A stretch of 64,000 nt of DNA from the NCBI GenBank assembly GCA_029953675.1, contig JAMWBK010000002.1, positions 1,116,001 to 1,180,000 on the forward strand, given 5' to 3'. The notes beneath the pieces were generated by a model. It saw nothing but the letters and a program-made list of their open reading frames with translations. It was not told where the DNA came from and searched no databases. Below are positions 51,710 through 63,199 of the stretch, piece after piece. Source of the DNA: Rhodosorus marinus CCMP1338. Its lineage: Eukaryota > Plantae > Rhodophyta. A program made the position numbers and the translations under genes. Within the stretch, counting starts at the first letter, position 1. Each line of letters starts with the position of its first letter.

Positions 51710-52363
51710 CAAAACTCGTCTCTTCATCCTGAGCGCCTTAAGGGGTTCATCAGTCGAGGTAGACCATGCCCCTGCTTGTGAGCACCGTTGGTGTATTCTA
51801 CTTGACCCTGGTGGTCTGGCAGGGCGGATGTCAAGGGTATTCGTGTATATGTAAACGCATTCGTACAGCAAGCAAATGACTGGGCGTTGCTTTACAAAGA
51901 CAACGCCATCGTCCGCAGAGAGCACACTCAGAGGCATACCGAGAGGACTAGCTTTCGGGAGGGCTTGGCTCCGCCCTGAGGGCAATGGGCGATCATGACA
52001 TGTGACACGCACGGAGAAAGAATAGGGTGAGCCTGCGTCGTGGCCCGAACCAGATCTATTCTTCCGTCGCTTCAGATGATTCTTCTCTTTCGAGTTGTTT
52101 TTACCTCAGCCGTACCGCCGCCTCAACGACCCGGAGAAGCCCACCGATAGAGCATAGCCTCCTCACGTTCCGAAGTCGTGAGGTTGGAGTAGCAGTTCCT
52201 AGATCCATCTAGAGGAGACCCTGGCTGTTAGGGGATACCTAAGCTATCTAGTTTACATGTGACATGCTTCGATATCAATCCCAGAATTGTGGAAAAGAGC
52301 ACTCGACCTTCAGCTCTCACATTCGTTTCGAAATGAGCTAAGAATGCTCTTAGTCCTATTACC

Positions 52364-53472
52364 TTAGGGCGAGATATATCGCCCAAACGCATCGCGAAGC
52401 GCCCTGTCCAACCCATGCACAATGTTGCTGAGCCCCACCCAGTGAAGTACTTTGAACGGGAGTAGAAGGATAGGATACTGCAGTGGGAGTGGGCCCAACC
52501 TGTAATCAGTCATCGCTGACGCAACGATCCCCTCAACAACAATCCTGTCGTTCTGTGTGTGCAGATTTCTCACAATGTCAACAACTTTCTCAACCGCAAC
52601 AATCTTCGCAGGCTGAAGCGAGGCATCAGGATCGGACACTGTCAACAAAGAGTCACCAACAACCAGATCGCCTGCACGTTTTCGATTCCAGTCGCTCGTA
52701 TACACTAGGTGCGAGTGAGTCAGTCGCAACCACTGATCCTTTTGATCGCTTGCCAAGTACCTTATCGCGAGCATCTCATGCAACGCTTCGTCCCTGTCAT
52801 GCTGAACAAGAAAAACTTCCGAAAACACTCGCCTTCCGTTTTGAACAGACTCTACTCTGTCTCCGACTTTCACTTGGTCAACTCTGACACTCTTTTCCTG
52901 GCCATCTTGAAGAATCCGTACGCTTGATGATCCCCCAAAGCATACCGGATCAGTACTATAAGAGGACAGGACCGGGCCTCCCCTATGAGACACAAGGTAA
53001 ATCGTCCCGCTTTAGACCCAAGTCTTGACTTTCGTCTAGGCTATCTCTCATTTATCTGTGGATTGAACGCTTACGTAGAGCCAGTAAGCGTGAAGTTGAC
53101 CAGCATCTGGATGTCTAGTGAGGATCCATTCTGAAACTGCTTGATCTGGAAATCAAGCACGGTGTCACACTCTCCAAATACTGAGGTGCTCGACTCGCCC
53201 GGCGTAAATGCTACGGTCATGGTTGTGACTTCCTGGGTACAATTGAGCCCAGTTACTTCCAACATATTAATATCTGCCAGGACATCGCCTCCATTGGATA
53301 TCTCCTGCGTTGGAAACGGAATTGTGATCTGCTCCGGACATCCCTCTCCATTTGGGCTATCGCATGCGGAAAGCTGAAACGTATTAAACACATCGCGGTA
53401 CTGCAGTACCCCCAAACAAAGTTCCAGAATCACGAACAGAACAATCAGCCTATATACCCATCGCGTCAACAT
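52364..53472 (-). CDS. Secreted Hint (Hog-type) autoprocessing protein, 2 exons
   Basis: Signal peptide plus ~115-aa ectodomain (53073-53472) splices in phase 2 to ...DPV-CFGGSSSV, VKVGDRV, SEV, LRLTHSHLVY, AGDLVVGD, IVVEGIVAS and an amphipathic C-terminal tail. Confidence 0.9.
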
Positions 53473-53675
53473 TGTTGCCTCCCCTTAACACCCCTCTACC
53501 CCGACCCCTGGATTCGCAAACAACTCTATGCCAACTCACACAGCCACCGTTATCCACTAAAATGATAATCCTTATCATCTAGTACACGACAGAATGTTTT
53601 CCCCCATTCAAGTGCTCATCCATAACACTGCTGAATAACATCCATAGCCGAAGCAACGGTTGTTGTTTTTTTGTC

Positions 53676-53704
53676 CACCACCACCACCACCACCACCACC
53701 ACCA
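53676..53704. repeat. (CCA)n trinucleotide run upstream of the Hint gene
   Basis: ccaccaccacc... about 9 units. Confidence 0.85.
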
Positions 53705-55094
53705 GCTGTCCTTTTACCTAATCTTACCGATGTGAAATGGGAAGACGCAATTCTCGTCCACGGCAAGCGTTTTCGAAAATCACTTTAAGAGTCATGCATA
53801 TTTTCGATTGAATATCATTTTTATTTAATGCATTCATATTTTAGTTCAGTCTATTTATATAATTGGGTTATCTCGATATGACACTTAAAATTATATTCAG
53901 GTTGTGAATATTTGGCTTTAGAGTCACCTGGATAATTTAGTTATTTGTGATGTGAGATTGAATATTTGTGTTTTTGAGGACTGCATGGGGGTGATGGGTG
54001 GATCGTACACATGACGCTTAAATCGTATCTGTTTTGCTTTTTTTTCTGTCTTTTGGTTTTGGGATGGGGGGGGCTCTCTGGTTGTGATCTTGAGGAAGAC
54101 TTTATGGGGGGGGGGGTGGGGGTGGAGGGAAGAGTCCTGTGCAGATATTATGCCTGTACGGCCTCTCTGACTGAGAACATGGCGAAGTCTGGAGGTTAGC
54201 AGTCTTTTGAACACGGACACCTGAGGTTGGATAGAAAGAACCCCTAGCTAAGCTAGGAGATCGTCCGCCTGACAATTCCCTCAGAGATCTTCAGGAGATG
54301 TATTTCTCGTGCCTTGGACGGTCCAAGACCTCTCCTGGAACTCACTGTGTATCCAACAAAGTCGGACGCCACGAGAACGTTATGAAAGGTTCCCTCCTCA
54401 TCTCATGACCTCTGAACCCCTAACCACAGAGAAACTGATCCTTTTCCATGGTAAGGAACTTAGTCTGCTGTATTTAGAGGCTGCGAACTTTCAGCTCTTC
54501 TCCCGCCCGCCAAGAAATTGATGAGTGGTCGAACAGGTTCCAAAACGTTGGGCTGTAGTGGATCCATAAACACGAACGTTGGTGATATCACTACCCCTTC
54601 GCGAAAAGCTTTAGCAGCAGTGCGCAAACGCTTGAACTAGGAAGCTAAACCGGCCAAATCAATGCTCCTAGCTTATCCAACGAACCCTCGCAAAGTGAAA
54701 CGGCTATTCACCGACCTCAAAGAAATAAACATATTCATATATTGATCTTTAATAAAGTAAATAATTTAATTCAAATATTAGCTATTAGCCAATGATTGAT
54801 ATCTAAAGTCAAGAAATTATAATATTCAATATCTTGGGTGGAATTTTAACAAATTATTTCATAGCACGATTCTCAAAGTGTCTGACAGTTACGGTAGTGA
54901 TCTATCCGTTGGGACGTTGGTGAAGATCGGCGGGGGCGACTGTTGCTGTGATCCTGCTCCGTCGCGATGAGAAGGGTATAAACTGACCAAACACAAGTGC
55001 GCAGTGAGCATCTGAAAGTAGATGAGGAGATGAAGACAAGTATTTGATTATCAGTTTGGGAAAAACTTGGACAGTATTTGAAGAGCTCGGGGTT

Positions 55095-55096
<2 letters not shown>

Positions 55097-55132
<36 letters not shown>
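55097..55132. repeat. (GT)18 microsatellite upstream of CDC20
   Basis: Direct reading of sequence. Confidence 0.95.
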
Positions 55133-55138
<6 letters not shown>

Positions 55139-55386
55139 CATTTTTGTAGGAATTGCTTGGCTTTGGAAGAAAGTGTAGGAGACAAACGGGTTGAATTTTG
55201 GGACGAAAGGTTTCAGTGTGTTTCGGCCGCGTAGTGAGCGGAGAATTTTTTTTTATTCTTTGCAGCGTAATTTTTTATTGCAGGTTCCCTACTTTGCTGA
55301 GAGAAACATAATAGTTTGTGTCCTTGAGACGCCGGTAGTGGGGAAGGAAGGTTCTAATAGAACCATCAAAACGGATCAGAGTAGGA

Positions 55387-57201
55387 ATGGATCGGTACTA
55401 TGGAGGAAAAGTCCATGAAGTTGATGACTTCAACAACTTCGATGCACCCATGGAAGACTGCCCTCTCCCGAGATGGCAGAGGAAAGCCATGGACGCTGCG
55501 AGGACAGAGAATGCCATGAGCACACCCCGGAGTTCTGGAAAGACACCGCAGGTATGCGACTGCTAGTTTTTGAAGGCATTACTAGTCGCCGGAGCTTCAT
55601 TCATCACCTTACCGACCTCTTCCGGTTATTGCCATCTTCCACAGAGCGATCGATTTATTCCGAACAGAAACGCTATGGACATAAACGTGTCGAGAATGAC
55701 CCTCAACTTCGGAGACAAGGAGAACTCAACAGAAAAAGGAACCGAAGAGGCTCATCCAGAGTACAACATGGCACTCGCAAACTCTCTTCTATCGCAGGAC
55801 TCAGCCTCTGCTACGAAGATCCTTGCGTTCAAGAACAAGGCTCCTGCTCCCAAGGCGGGATACCTCAACGCCCAAAGGGTTCTCTACTCCCAGAATTCCC
55901 AGATAGGTCCAAGAAAACGTACAACGAGGAATATTCCTCAAGTTCCAGAGAGGATTCTCGACGCGCCAGATCTTCTGGACGACTTTTACCTGAACCTACT
56001 AGACTGGAATTTAGAGAATATCCTTGCGATTGCTTTGGGACAGACAGTCTACCTCTGGAACGCGACAAGTGGGAGCATTGATGAACTTTGCCAGGTATGG
56101 ACAGTCGAATCCGTGCACTTGAAAGTTCCCCACTTGGATTCTAACTGTGAGAGCGCTTCTCTTTCTACGTTTTATTTTCCGTCTGCCCTCAGATGACTGA
56201 GGACGATGAGTACATATCTTCGGTGTCTTGGATTCAGGAAGGAAACGTGCTCGCCGTTGGTACCAGCAGTGCTCAAATCCAGCTCTATGATGCGAACAGA
56301 ATGGCTCGAATCAGGACGATGGGAGGACACGCTTCTAGAGTTGGATCACTGGCATGGAATGGACCATTGCTTTCTAGCGGATCCCGGGATGCGTCCATTA
56401 TAAATCACGATGTCCGGGTGCAGAATCATCAAATCTCAACTCTTCTGTCTCATCAGCAAGAGGTACGTAGAGTAGCTCTTCCTCTACGGTTCTGCCATAG
56501 ATTGCTCATCCGCCTTTGTATTGGAAACTGAACAGGTATGCGGCTTGAAGTGGAGTCCGGATGGCACGATGTTAGCTTCCGGGGGAAACGACAATCAACT
56601 AAACATCTGGGAGGCCGGTGAGGGTAGCAACGGAGGACAGCGTCCGAAGTTCACCCTGACCGAACACACTGCTGCGGTGAAGGCTCTCGCATGGTGTCCA
56701 TGGCAGAGAGGCCTTCTAGCTTCCGGCGGAGGAACGGCAGATCGAACACTGCGCTTTTGGAACGTCAACGGATCTGGCTCATGTGTTAATTCCATCGACA
56801 CCAAATCGCAAGTCTGTTCCATTGTCTGGAATCCCAATGAGAAGGAACTCGTCACATCCCACGGATTCTCTCAGAACCAGTTGACTCTTTGGAAGTAAGG
56901 AGCTGCCCCATGCTCATCGTTATCATTGCAAGTCTAGGACTCCATTAGTTTTTTCTCAACCCCATCTTTTCTGTCTAAACCCTGCAGATATCCATCTCTT
57001 GCTAGGGTGGTGGAGCTCCCGGGACATACCTCGAGGGTCCTTCACATGGCGTTGAGTCCTGATGGTCAGACAGTAGCTTCAGCGGCTGCTGATGAAACTC
57101 TGAGATTCTGGAATGTCTTCCCAGCTTCAACGAAGGCATCGAAGAATCCATCAGCGTTGTCATCTTCGCGCAGTGTCTTGCGTGGAGTTAACATACGGTA
57201 A
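55387..57201 (+). CDS. CDC20: APC/C activator CDC20/Fizzy (multi-exon)
   Basis: C-box [34 protein letters not shown]40 repeats ([30 protein letters not shown]) and C-terminal IR tail (NIR*). Confidence 0.97.
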
Positions 57202-57993
57202 GCGAAGGGCCAAGACGTGGGGCTCACGATCCTGGAGAGTTTGTCTTGGTTGTTTGCTCTTTATGCGTTTCGTTATGTTGTCGAATTATGTGAAAAGCCA
57301 TCATGGCAACATGATGAGCAGCCCTATACTTTCTTGTGTTGCTTTCGCTCCTTCTCCAGCAGGTGAGAGAAACCATGTTGTTCGCGAGGGATGCCCATGA
57401 GGATCACGCGAAGCGATGATTGTTGACTCTCTCCACAGAGGTGGAGTGGTGTACAGATGAGCATCAACGAGGGTAGGCGTTTGTCTTGTTCTTGTCCTTG
57501 ATTTGTCTCGCACCATCCCCTTGGATGAGCTATTTACAGTGTTAACACACATCTCTGATTGCTTAGCAATGGAGCTATAAGGGAGAACATGTTTCTTCTT
57601 CTTTCTCGATGTTTGTTTTTGTCATTGTTTTGTTATAGCGACAGTAGTGATAGAGATCTGGCCTCTGCTAGACACCTCAGCAAGGTTTAACGTCTTGGAC
57701 CTTGTGAATGTACCTTAGGAGTACCCTCAGATGGCAACGGACCGGTCTCTGTAGCGGCGTTCGTCACTTTCAAATCATGCTGAGAGCTCCCGGAATAGAT
57801 CCCATCCAAAAGGGTTCGACATCTATTCTACCAGACACGTTTGGAATTGACAGCTAAGAGGGCCCGTTTTGCTCTCTTGGAATATGTAGAGATCAACTAC
57901 AATCTGCATGTTGTGGTTGTGTTATTTAAGTAAACGATTATCGTATTAACAACAACATTCTGAGATCCAAAAACTATAGGTAGACAACTGTCA

Positions 57994-58198
57994 TTGCTAC
58001 TGAGTACAGGCTAAAGTGTGAAGAATGTGGGGTGACTTTGGCTCCACGGGATCCCGCGTTGCTACTGAGTACAGGCTAAGTGTGAAGAATGGGTGGTGAC
58101 TTTGGCTCCACGGGATCCCGTGTTGCTACTGAGTACAGGCTAAACTGTGAAGAATGGGTGACTTTGGCTCCACGGGATCCCGTGTAGCCAAAGTCACC
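57994..58198. repeat. Three ~64-bp tandem repeats with palindromic core, terminating in a 42-bp near-perfect palindrome
   Basis: Units start at 57994, 58059 and 58123. Core CACGGGATCCCG(T/C)G. 58157-58169 pairs with 58186-58198. Confidence 0.95.
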
Positions 58199-58948
58199 AC
58201 CGGTCGTATCTAAAACGCATCTTCGAATACTTTCTTAGGAGGTACTTCCATCATTTACGGTGTCCTGGAGTGCTGCCGTATCGCGGATATGAACACATCC
58301 TCCTCGTAGTCACTGCTCACAGAAGGGGAGAAGAGTAGGAGAGGCACTGGAGGAATGTCTCCTTCGCTCACGCGGCAGAACGAGCTCCTCCCCAAACGTG
58401 GGGATCCCATTCACCTTCCCATCAAACGGAGCTCCACCATTGGCTTCGGAATCACCTGTGGCTGCAAACCATCACTGGAAAAAACCTGCCAAATCGTATG
58501 GCTAACAAAGCTACTCCTTATCCAGCTAGTCCAAGCTAACAAACCCCATCACAGTCTAACTAACATGGCGCGCCCTACTGTCCCAGATTATCTACACAAG
58601 TACCCCCACTCGGTGAACTCCAGATGCCAAATAAAGTTGAATAATTCAATATCCATGTGATTCCTAGAACGTAAAATAATCATTTTCATGAAAGAATAGA
58701 TTGTAAAATAAATATTTTATAATGGATGTGCATTACTGAAATCAATAAACCAGTTATGATCCATGTGTTTTGGGACAGCTGAAAATGTTGGTTTGATCGC
58801 GATGAATATGGGCGTGAACGCTATGGCCGTGTTATGGTTGCACGGCGTTGAAGTGGATGGTATTGGAGCTCGCGCGTAGATGTGTACATATGTGAATACA
58901 CAGGTCTTAGCAGAAAATAGGAGCGTTCTTGATTAACTGTTATTCAAG

Positions 58949-59368
58949 ATGAGAGGCCAAAGCGCGGCTCGAGCGATGAGGATGTATTGTCGATCTGCTG
59001 CGATGAAATCGGTGAAGACCAAGTTGAGGTCGGCAGCATCTCGGGATCTTGTGAGGTGAGGAGAGGGGTTTGCGGCGAGAAGGGCTGTAGATTTCTTCAA
59101 GTTTTTCTTCATTTGCTGAAAGATTGCATGTATTCGCTTGCTTTCTGTTTTGTGTTTGTTTTCTTGAACAGGGTGAGTTCGATGAGATCTTTGGCGATGA
59201 TGCGTGCGGTCAAAAAGCCCTCGGAAAGTAACTGCTTTGTCAATGACACCAATCTGCCTCACTGCATAGGAGGAAACGTGGCTGTGGATCAGGATGGATC
59301 TTCGACTGTTCCAGCGTCGAGAGGTTTAGGCATAGTGTTGGAAGGCTGTGGTGAAGGAGAAGACGATG
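58949..59368 (+). CDS. Small presequence-like protein with acidic tail, family copy D (exons 58949-59055, 59172-59368; last exon unknown)
   Basis: MRGQSAARAMRMYCRSAAMKSVKTKLRSAASRDLV-R|VSSMRS...GSSTVPASRGLGIVLEGCGEGEDD-G|gtacgg. Phases 2 then 1. Confidence 0.72.
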
Positions 59369-60249
59369 GTACGGATCCAACCAGGCGAACGAACTTAACG
59401 CTTTCATCCAGATTGGGGAGGAAGGAGTTTTCAATCCGTTCTCAGCGTAGTTCCCATTGTCTTCTCTTTTTTGTGGATTTTTCGGCATCTATAGAATCAG
59501 TAACAAGCTCGAGGTATCCAAGCTAACATGAATTCCACCGCCTCTCCCTCTTCCCCCCCCCCCTACCCCCCCCTTCGCCCCACTGTACGAAACTCTTCAA
59601 AACAGAGTTGGAGAAGAAAAGATCGCAGACCGAACGTATTTCAGATACGTGATGGAAGAAAGAGCTAGAGAGCGGGAGCGTGAGAGCAAAAGGAGTGGCC
59701 AGAAGAGTTTTCTTCCGAGTCTTGTTTTCAGTTTGATAATTACTTGTTTAGTTTGCTCCGCTGTTGTTTCAAATGATTGCTGCGTATACAAAAGAGATCC
59801 ATTCAATTCTGATCGTCTTCCGCTTGAGGCGCTATGTATGGTTTCAACGAAGTCCGAAAACATATTTTGCCTCTCAAAAGTTATAAGATTTTGATTGACG
59901 AAGTGTTGCGCTCATTGACATCGAGAAAATAAGGACATGCACACAAAGAAAAACTCAACCCAAGGGTTGAAGACCCGGCCCCTCGCTTTGTGACTCTTCC
60001 TTATTTTGATCCACGCACTGGACGCTTTGCGCTTTGACACATTTGCAGGGTCAATAAAATGCTGCAAGACGCCCCCTTCTATAAATCCTCTCGTGCACGT
60101 GTGTAAACCTTATCCAATTGGCCCCCTGCTGCCAGAAACACGCAGAGATGGTCCGAGAATCCCGACTGTCTACTCACTCACGGGTTTCATCTCAACGCAC
60201 TAGTTCTACATTATTTGCACTGCTTCTTCTTCACGTGTTCCTCTCCATG

Positions 60250-61736
60250 CTAATCCTCAAAGCCCATTTGTAGGTCACCAATATCATGGATCTCGTCGTT
60301 GTCATCATTGTCGTTGCTCTTAGTCATTGTATAAGCGCGGTTGCCTATAGGGGCAGGTTGTGGTCTGGAACTATCGCTCGTTGCTAGGTAATCATCACTC
60401 GTCCATATGCCAGCCTGGCCGCCTAGTCCACCTGCCCATGGTTGATTTACTCCTCCCCCGGCAAGCCGACTGGGGAGGCTGTGCTCGGTGATCGCTAAGA
60501 GCCGCGAGTTGCTAGGGCTTCCGCGCAACTCGTCCGCTTTCCTGTACAACTGCCTCTTGATTTCGATGCTCTGAGAGGGCTCTCGATATGCATCCGCCTC
60601 AACACGAGAGGAAGTAGATCCCAGCTCAACAGGTCTGGAAGGAGTTGGTTTGCTTGAGAATGAATGCGTGCACGCGTGTTGGTCACCAGACAGCGCAAGG
60701 TCGTCCATTTGAAAGTTCAGATCGTCCTGATCTCGGTCAAACGTGCGCCTCAGTCCCGGGTGGTGAACAGAGAAGTTATCCATGCCTTGGCCCTGCGAAA
60801 GAACGCTAAATGACGGCACGGATTGAGCCATAATCATGCTCTGCGACCTCTCGAGGTTGAGTTCCCGAGTCGGGAGTAGCTTTGACGATTCACGATCATC
60901 TGGAAGTGGCATCAGCAGTGATTCAATTATCTCGGCAGCCTTAGAAAGCGCATGACTCCCTGCAGCATCCCGCATATCGGTCTCAATAATAACATGCAGA
61001 GGCTCGCTAAACGCGTGCTCGTATCCTGGCTTTCCACGCACATCGTTTTCCTTCTCCTTCCGAATTGATCCTTTGCCTCTAATCATTATTCTGCACCCAG
61101 TCTCTTTCTCTAGATGCTTCAGGGTTGCCCCCCGTGGTCCAAGAAGTCGACCTACAAAGTTGTAGTCAGGGTATCTGTCCACAGGGATCATGAGCTTGAT
61201 GCGTTTCTTCGATGCCGAGCCGAGTCCGTTGGCAGATAGCATCCTCTGGCTCAAAGAGGTCTCAAGAAATGACTGCTGATCTGGTATCGGCAAAAAGCTC
61301 TCCTCATGCTTTGCTAACGATGACGAGGTCCGCATCAAAGATTGCATCCTGATTATCTCTGTTATTTGGGGTAGTTTCAGATGGAGTTGTATCAGCAACA
61401 ACGCTTGGGAGCTTTCCAAAACGTCAGAATATGAACGTTCAAGTTGCTCACCGGCATCCAGCAAGTTCATAACCAACGGGACATGCGCTCTCATCGGATA
61501 GAGGCGTTGTTTTTCTCTTAGAAGTTCATCCAGTTGACTGCTATACAAGCACAGCAATCAAATAAAAAATAAAAAAATGTTTCCTTAATATGAGTCCTGA
61601 TGTACGCTTTTTTGTTTTCGACAGAGCAGCAGATCTCAATCACGAGTCGACGGTGGAAGAGACGCGACCAAAAAAAAACCAAGAAAAAAGCGCCCCCAAA
61701 AAAGTTTCCTTACTCCAAAGACTGTGAACCGTCCAT
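60250..61736 (-). CDS. STAR/Quaking-family KH-domain RNA-binding protein
   Basis: LDELLREKQRL (QUA1-like), IPVDRYPDYNFVGRLLGPRGATLKHLEKETGCRIMIRGKGS, EPLHV. A 93-nt in-frame intron at 61359-61451; exon 1 MDGSQSL at 61736 is tentative. Confidence 0.9.
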
Positions 61737-62087
61737 CACGGACACCCACAGAGTGACCTCAAACAAGCCGCTAAACGAACAGGAAGTCCCAAAACAAGCA
61801 GTCGTTCCCGGTAACCCTTTTAAGAAGCCTAGCTCCTCACAACCGCACCAAACCTTTCATCTCTCTTCAAATTCCAAATTAGTTAACCTACCGCAACCAG
61901 TCTCTTCTCCCCCCTCCCCAGAGGACAAAGCCAGTCAGTAATCAGAAGCTGTCCCTGGTCGTCTGTTCACTTTCACTTCGTTCACACCATCCCAATCGAC
62001 CTCAGAGGCCACTTGAGTGAGTGTTGAGGCGGAAAGGGAAGGGGCCGAGCGGTATGATACATACTACAAGATCCATTTCAACTAGCA

Positions 62088-62939
62088 AACAAGTATAGAA
62101 AAGCATATATTGGAAACTCGATAGTTGTATACAGATATGGAGGATAGTCCGAACTGCTTATCCGTAAGGTCTTTTCTGTGAGCATTGCTGTTTGTGCTTG
62201 CTTCCAGAGCTAGCGTACTTGTTTCGCCCCTTTTGGTTTTTCCGCGTTTAGCTGCTAACGTGCAGAGGACTTTGTCGATGCCCTAGGGGTGATGATGAAC
62301 CACACGGCGAAGAGAGATCCATTAGAACAGGGAGCACATGATTAAGGAATGGACTAGGCTTCCCGATTGTACGTTTTCTTGCTTCAAGAGTGGCGTACGT
62401 TTTTCGCCTTTGGATTTTTCCGAGTTGGATACCAACGTACAAAGGGCTTTTTCTTGGTGTCGAAAGGATGTGGATAACCCACGCCCGAAGAGAGATCGTG
62501 AGACCAGGGAACACATGAATAAGGAATGAACTAGAGATGCTGCGTCAACCGGTGCGCCCTTGACCAAGGCAACGATCAAGAGGTCACTTTGGGGTGGTGA
62601 ACTTGAGCAGTAGGGTTGCAAGTGGAATGATACATACCACAGGAGCCATTTCCAATAGCGAACAAGTCTAGACGAGCAGATATCTAGGCACGGCAGAACG
62701 AAAGCTCGATACTTCACAGATGTGGAGGATAGTCTGAGCTGCTTATCCGTGAGATCTCTTCGGTGGTGAGAATTTTCAGTGAACCACCGGCTCTTAGGGC
62801 TTAGCAGTTCTGTGTTTTTTTTCTTGCTTCAGAGTAGCGTACTTGTTTCGCCTTTTGGTTTTCCCGCGTTGGTTACCAACGTACACGGCGAAGAGAGATC
62901 ATTAGAACAGGGAACACGCGATTAAAGAATGGACTAGAG
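62088..62939. repeat. Triplicated diverged ~160-280 bp unit
   Basis: cttgctt(c)..ag..gcgtac....ttcgcc...aacgt...cgaagagagatc...agaacaggga.cac..ga.taaggaatg.actag at ~62088-62358, 62375-62535 and 62661-62939. Confidence 0.85.
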
Positions 62940-63199
62940 TACTGCGTTCTAGAGCGCTTTGTGTTTTGAACTTGTTTTGGCACAGTTGGTTGCTGCCGAG
63001 TAAAGCTTACGAGGTTCCCGGAGGTGGAACACGAGCCAATGTCTAGATCTTAGAGTCCAAACGTCGTATCCATCTCAGTGAAGCCGGTGAGATATTGGCT
63101 AGAGATGATCAAACGGGTTATAGGTAGAGACCAACCAGTTCCCTAGATTAGAGCTAGAGAACACACTAGCTGCCGTAGGCAGCGGGACATAAGGCCACA

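Noticed and set aside
52364-52993. Mobile intein
   Set aside because: No homing endonuclease, no C-terminal His-Asn/Cys junction and no interrupted host gene; the architecture is Hog-type.
57994-58198. CRISPR array
   Set aside because: Repeats are contiguous near-identical units without unique spacers, there are no cas genes, and the context is eukaryotic.
58987-59526. 179-aa unspliced ORF as a real protein
   Set aside because: It runs through a clear T-rich intron (59056-59171). The spliced model starting at 58949 fits the family better.
62210-62890. U5 or U2 snRNA copies (TTTCGCCTTTT resembles U5 loop I; CCTTTTGG resembles the U2 5' end)
   Set aside because: The invariant U5 loop GCCUUUUAC reads GCCUUUUGG here, the U2 branch-recognition GTGTAGTA is absent, and no Sm site is evident.
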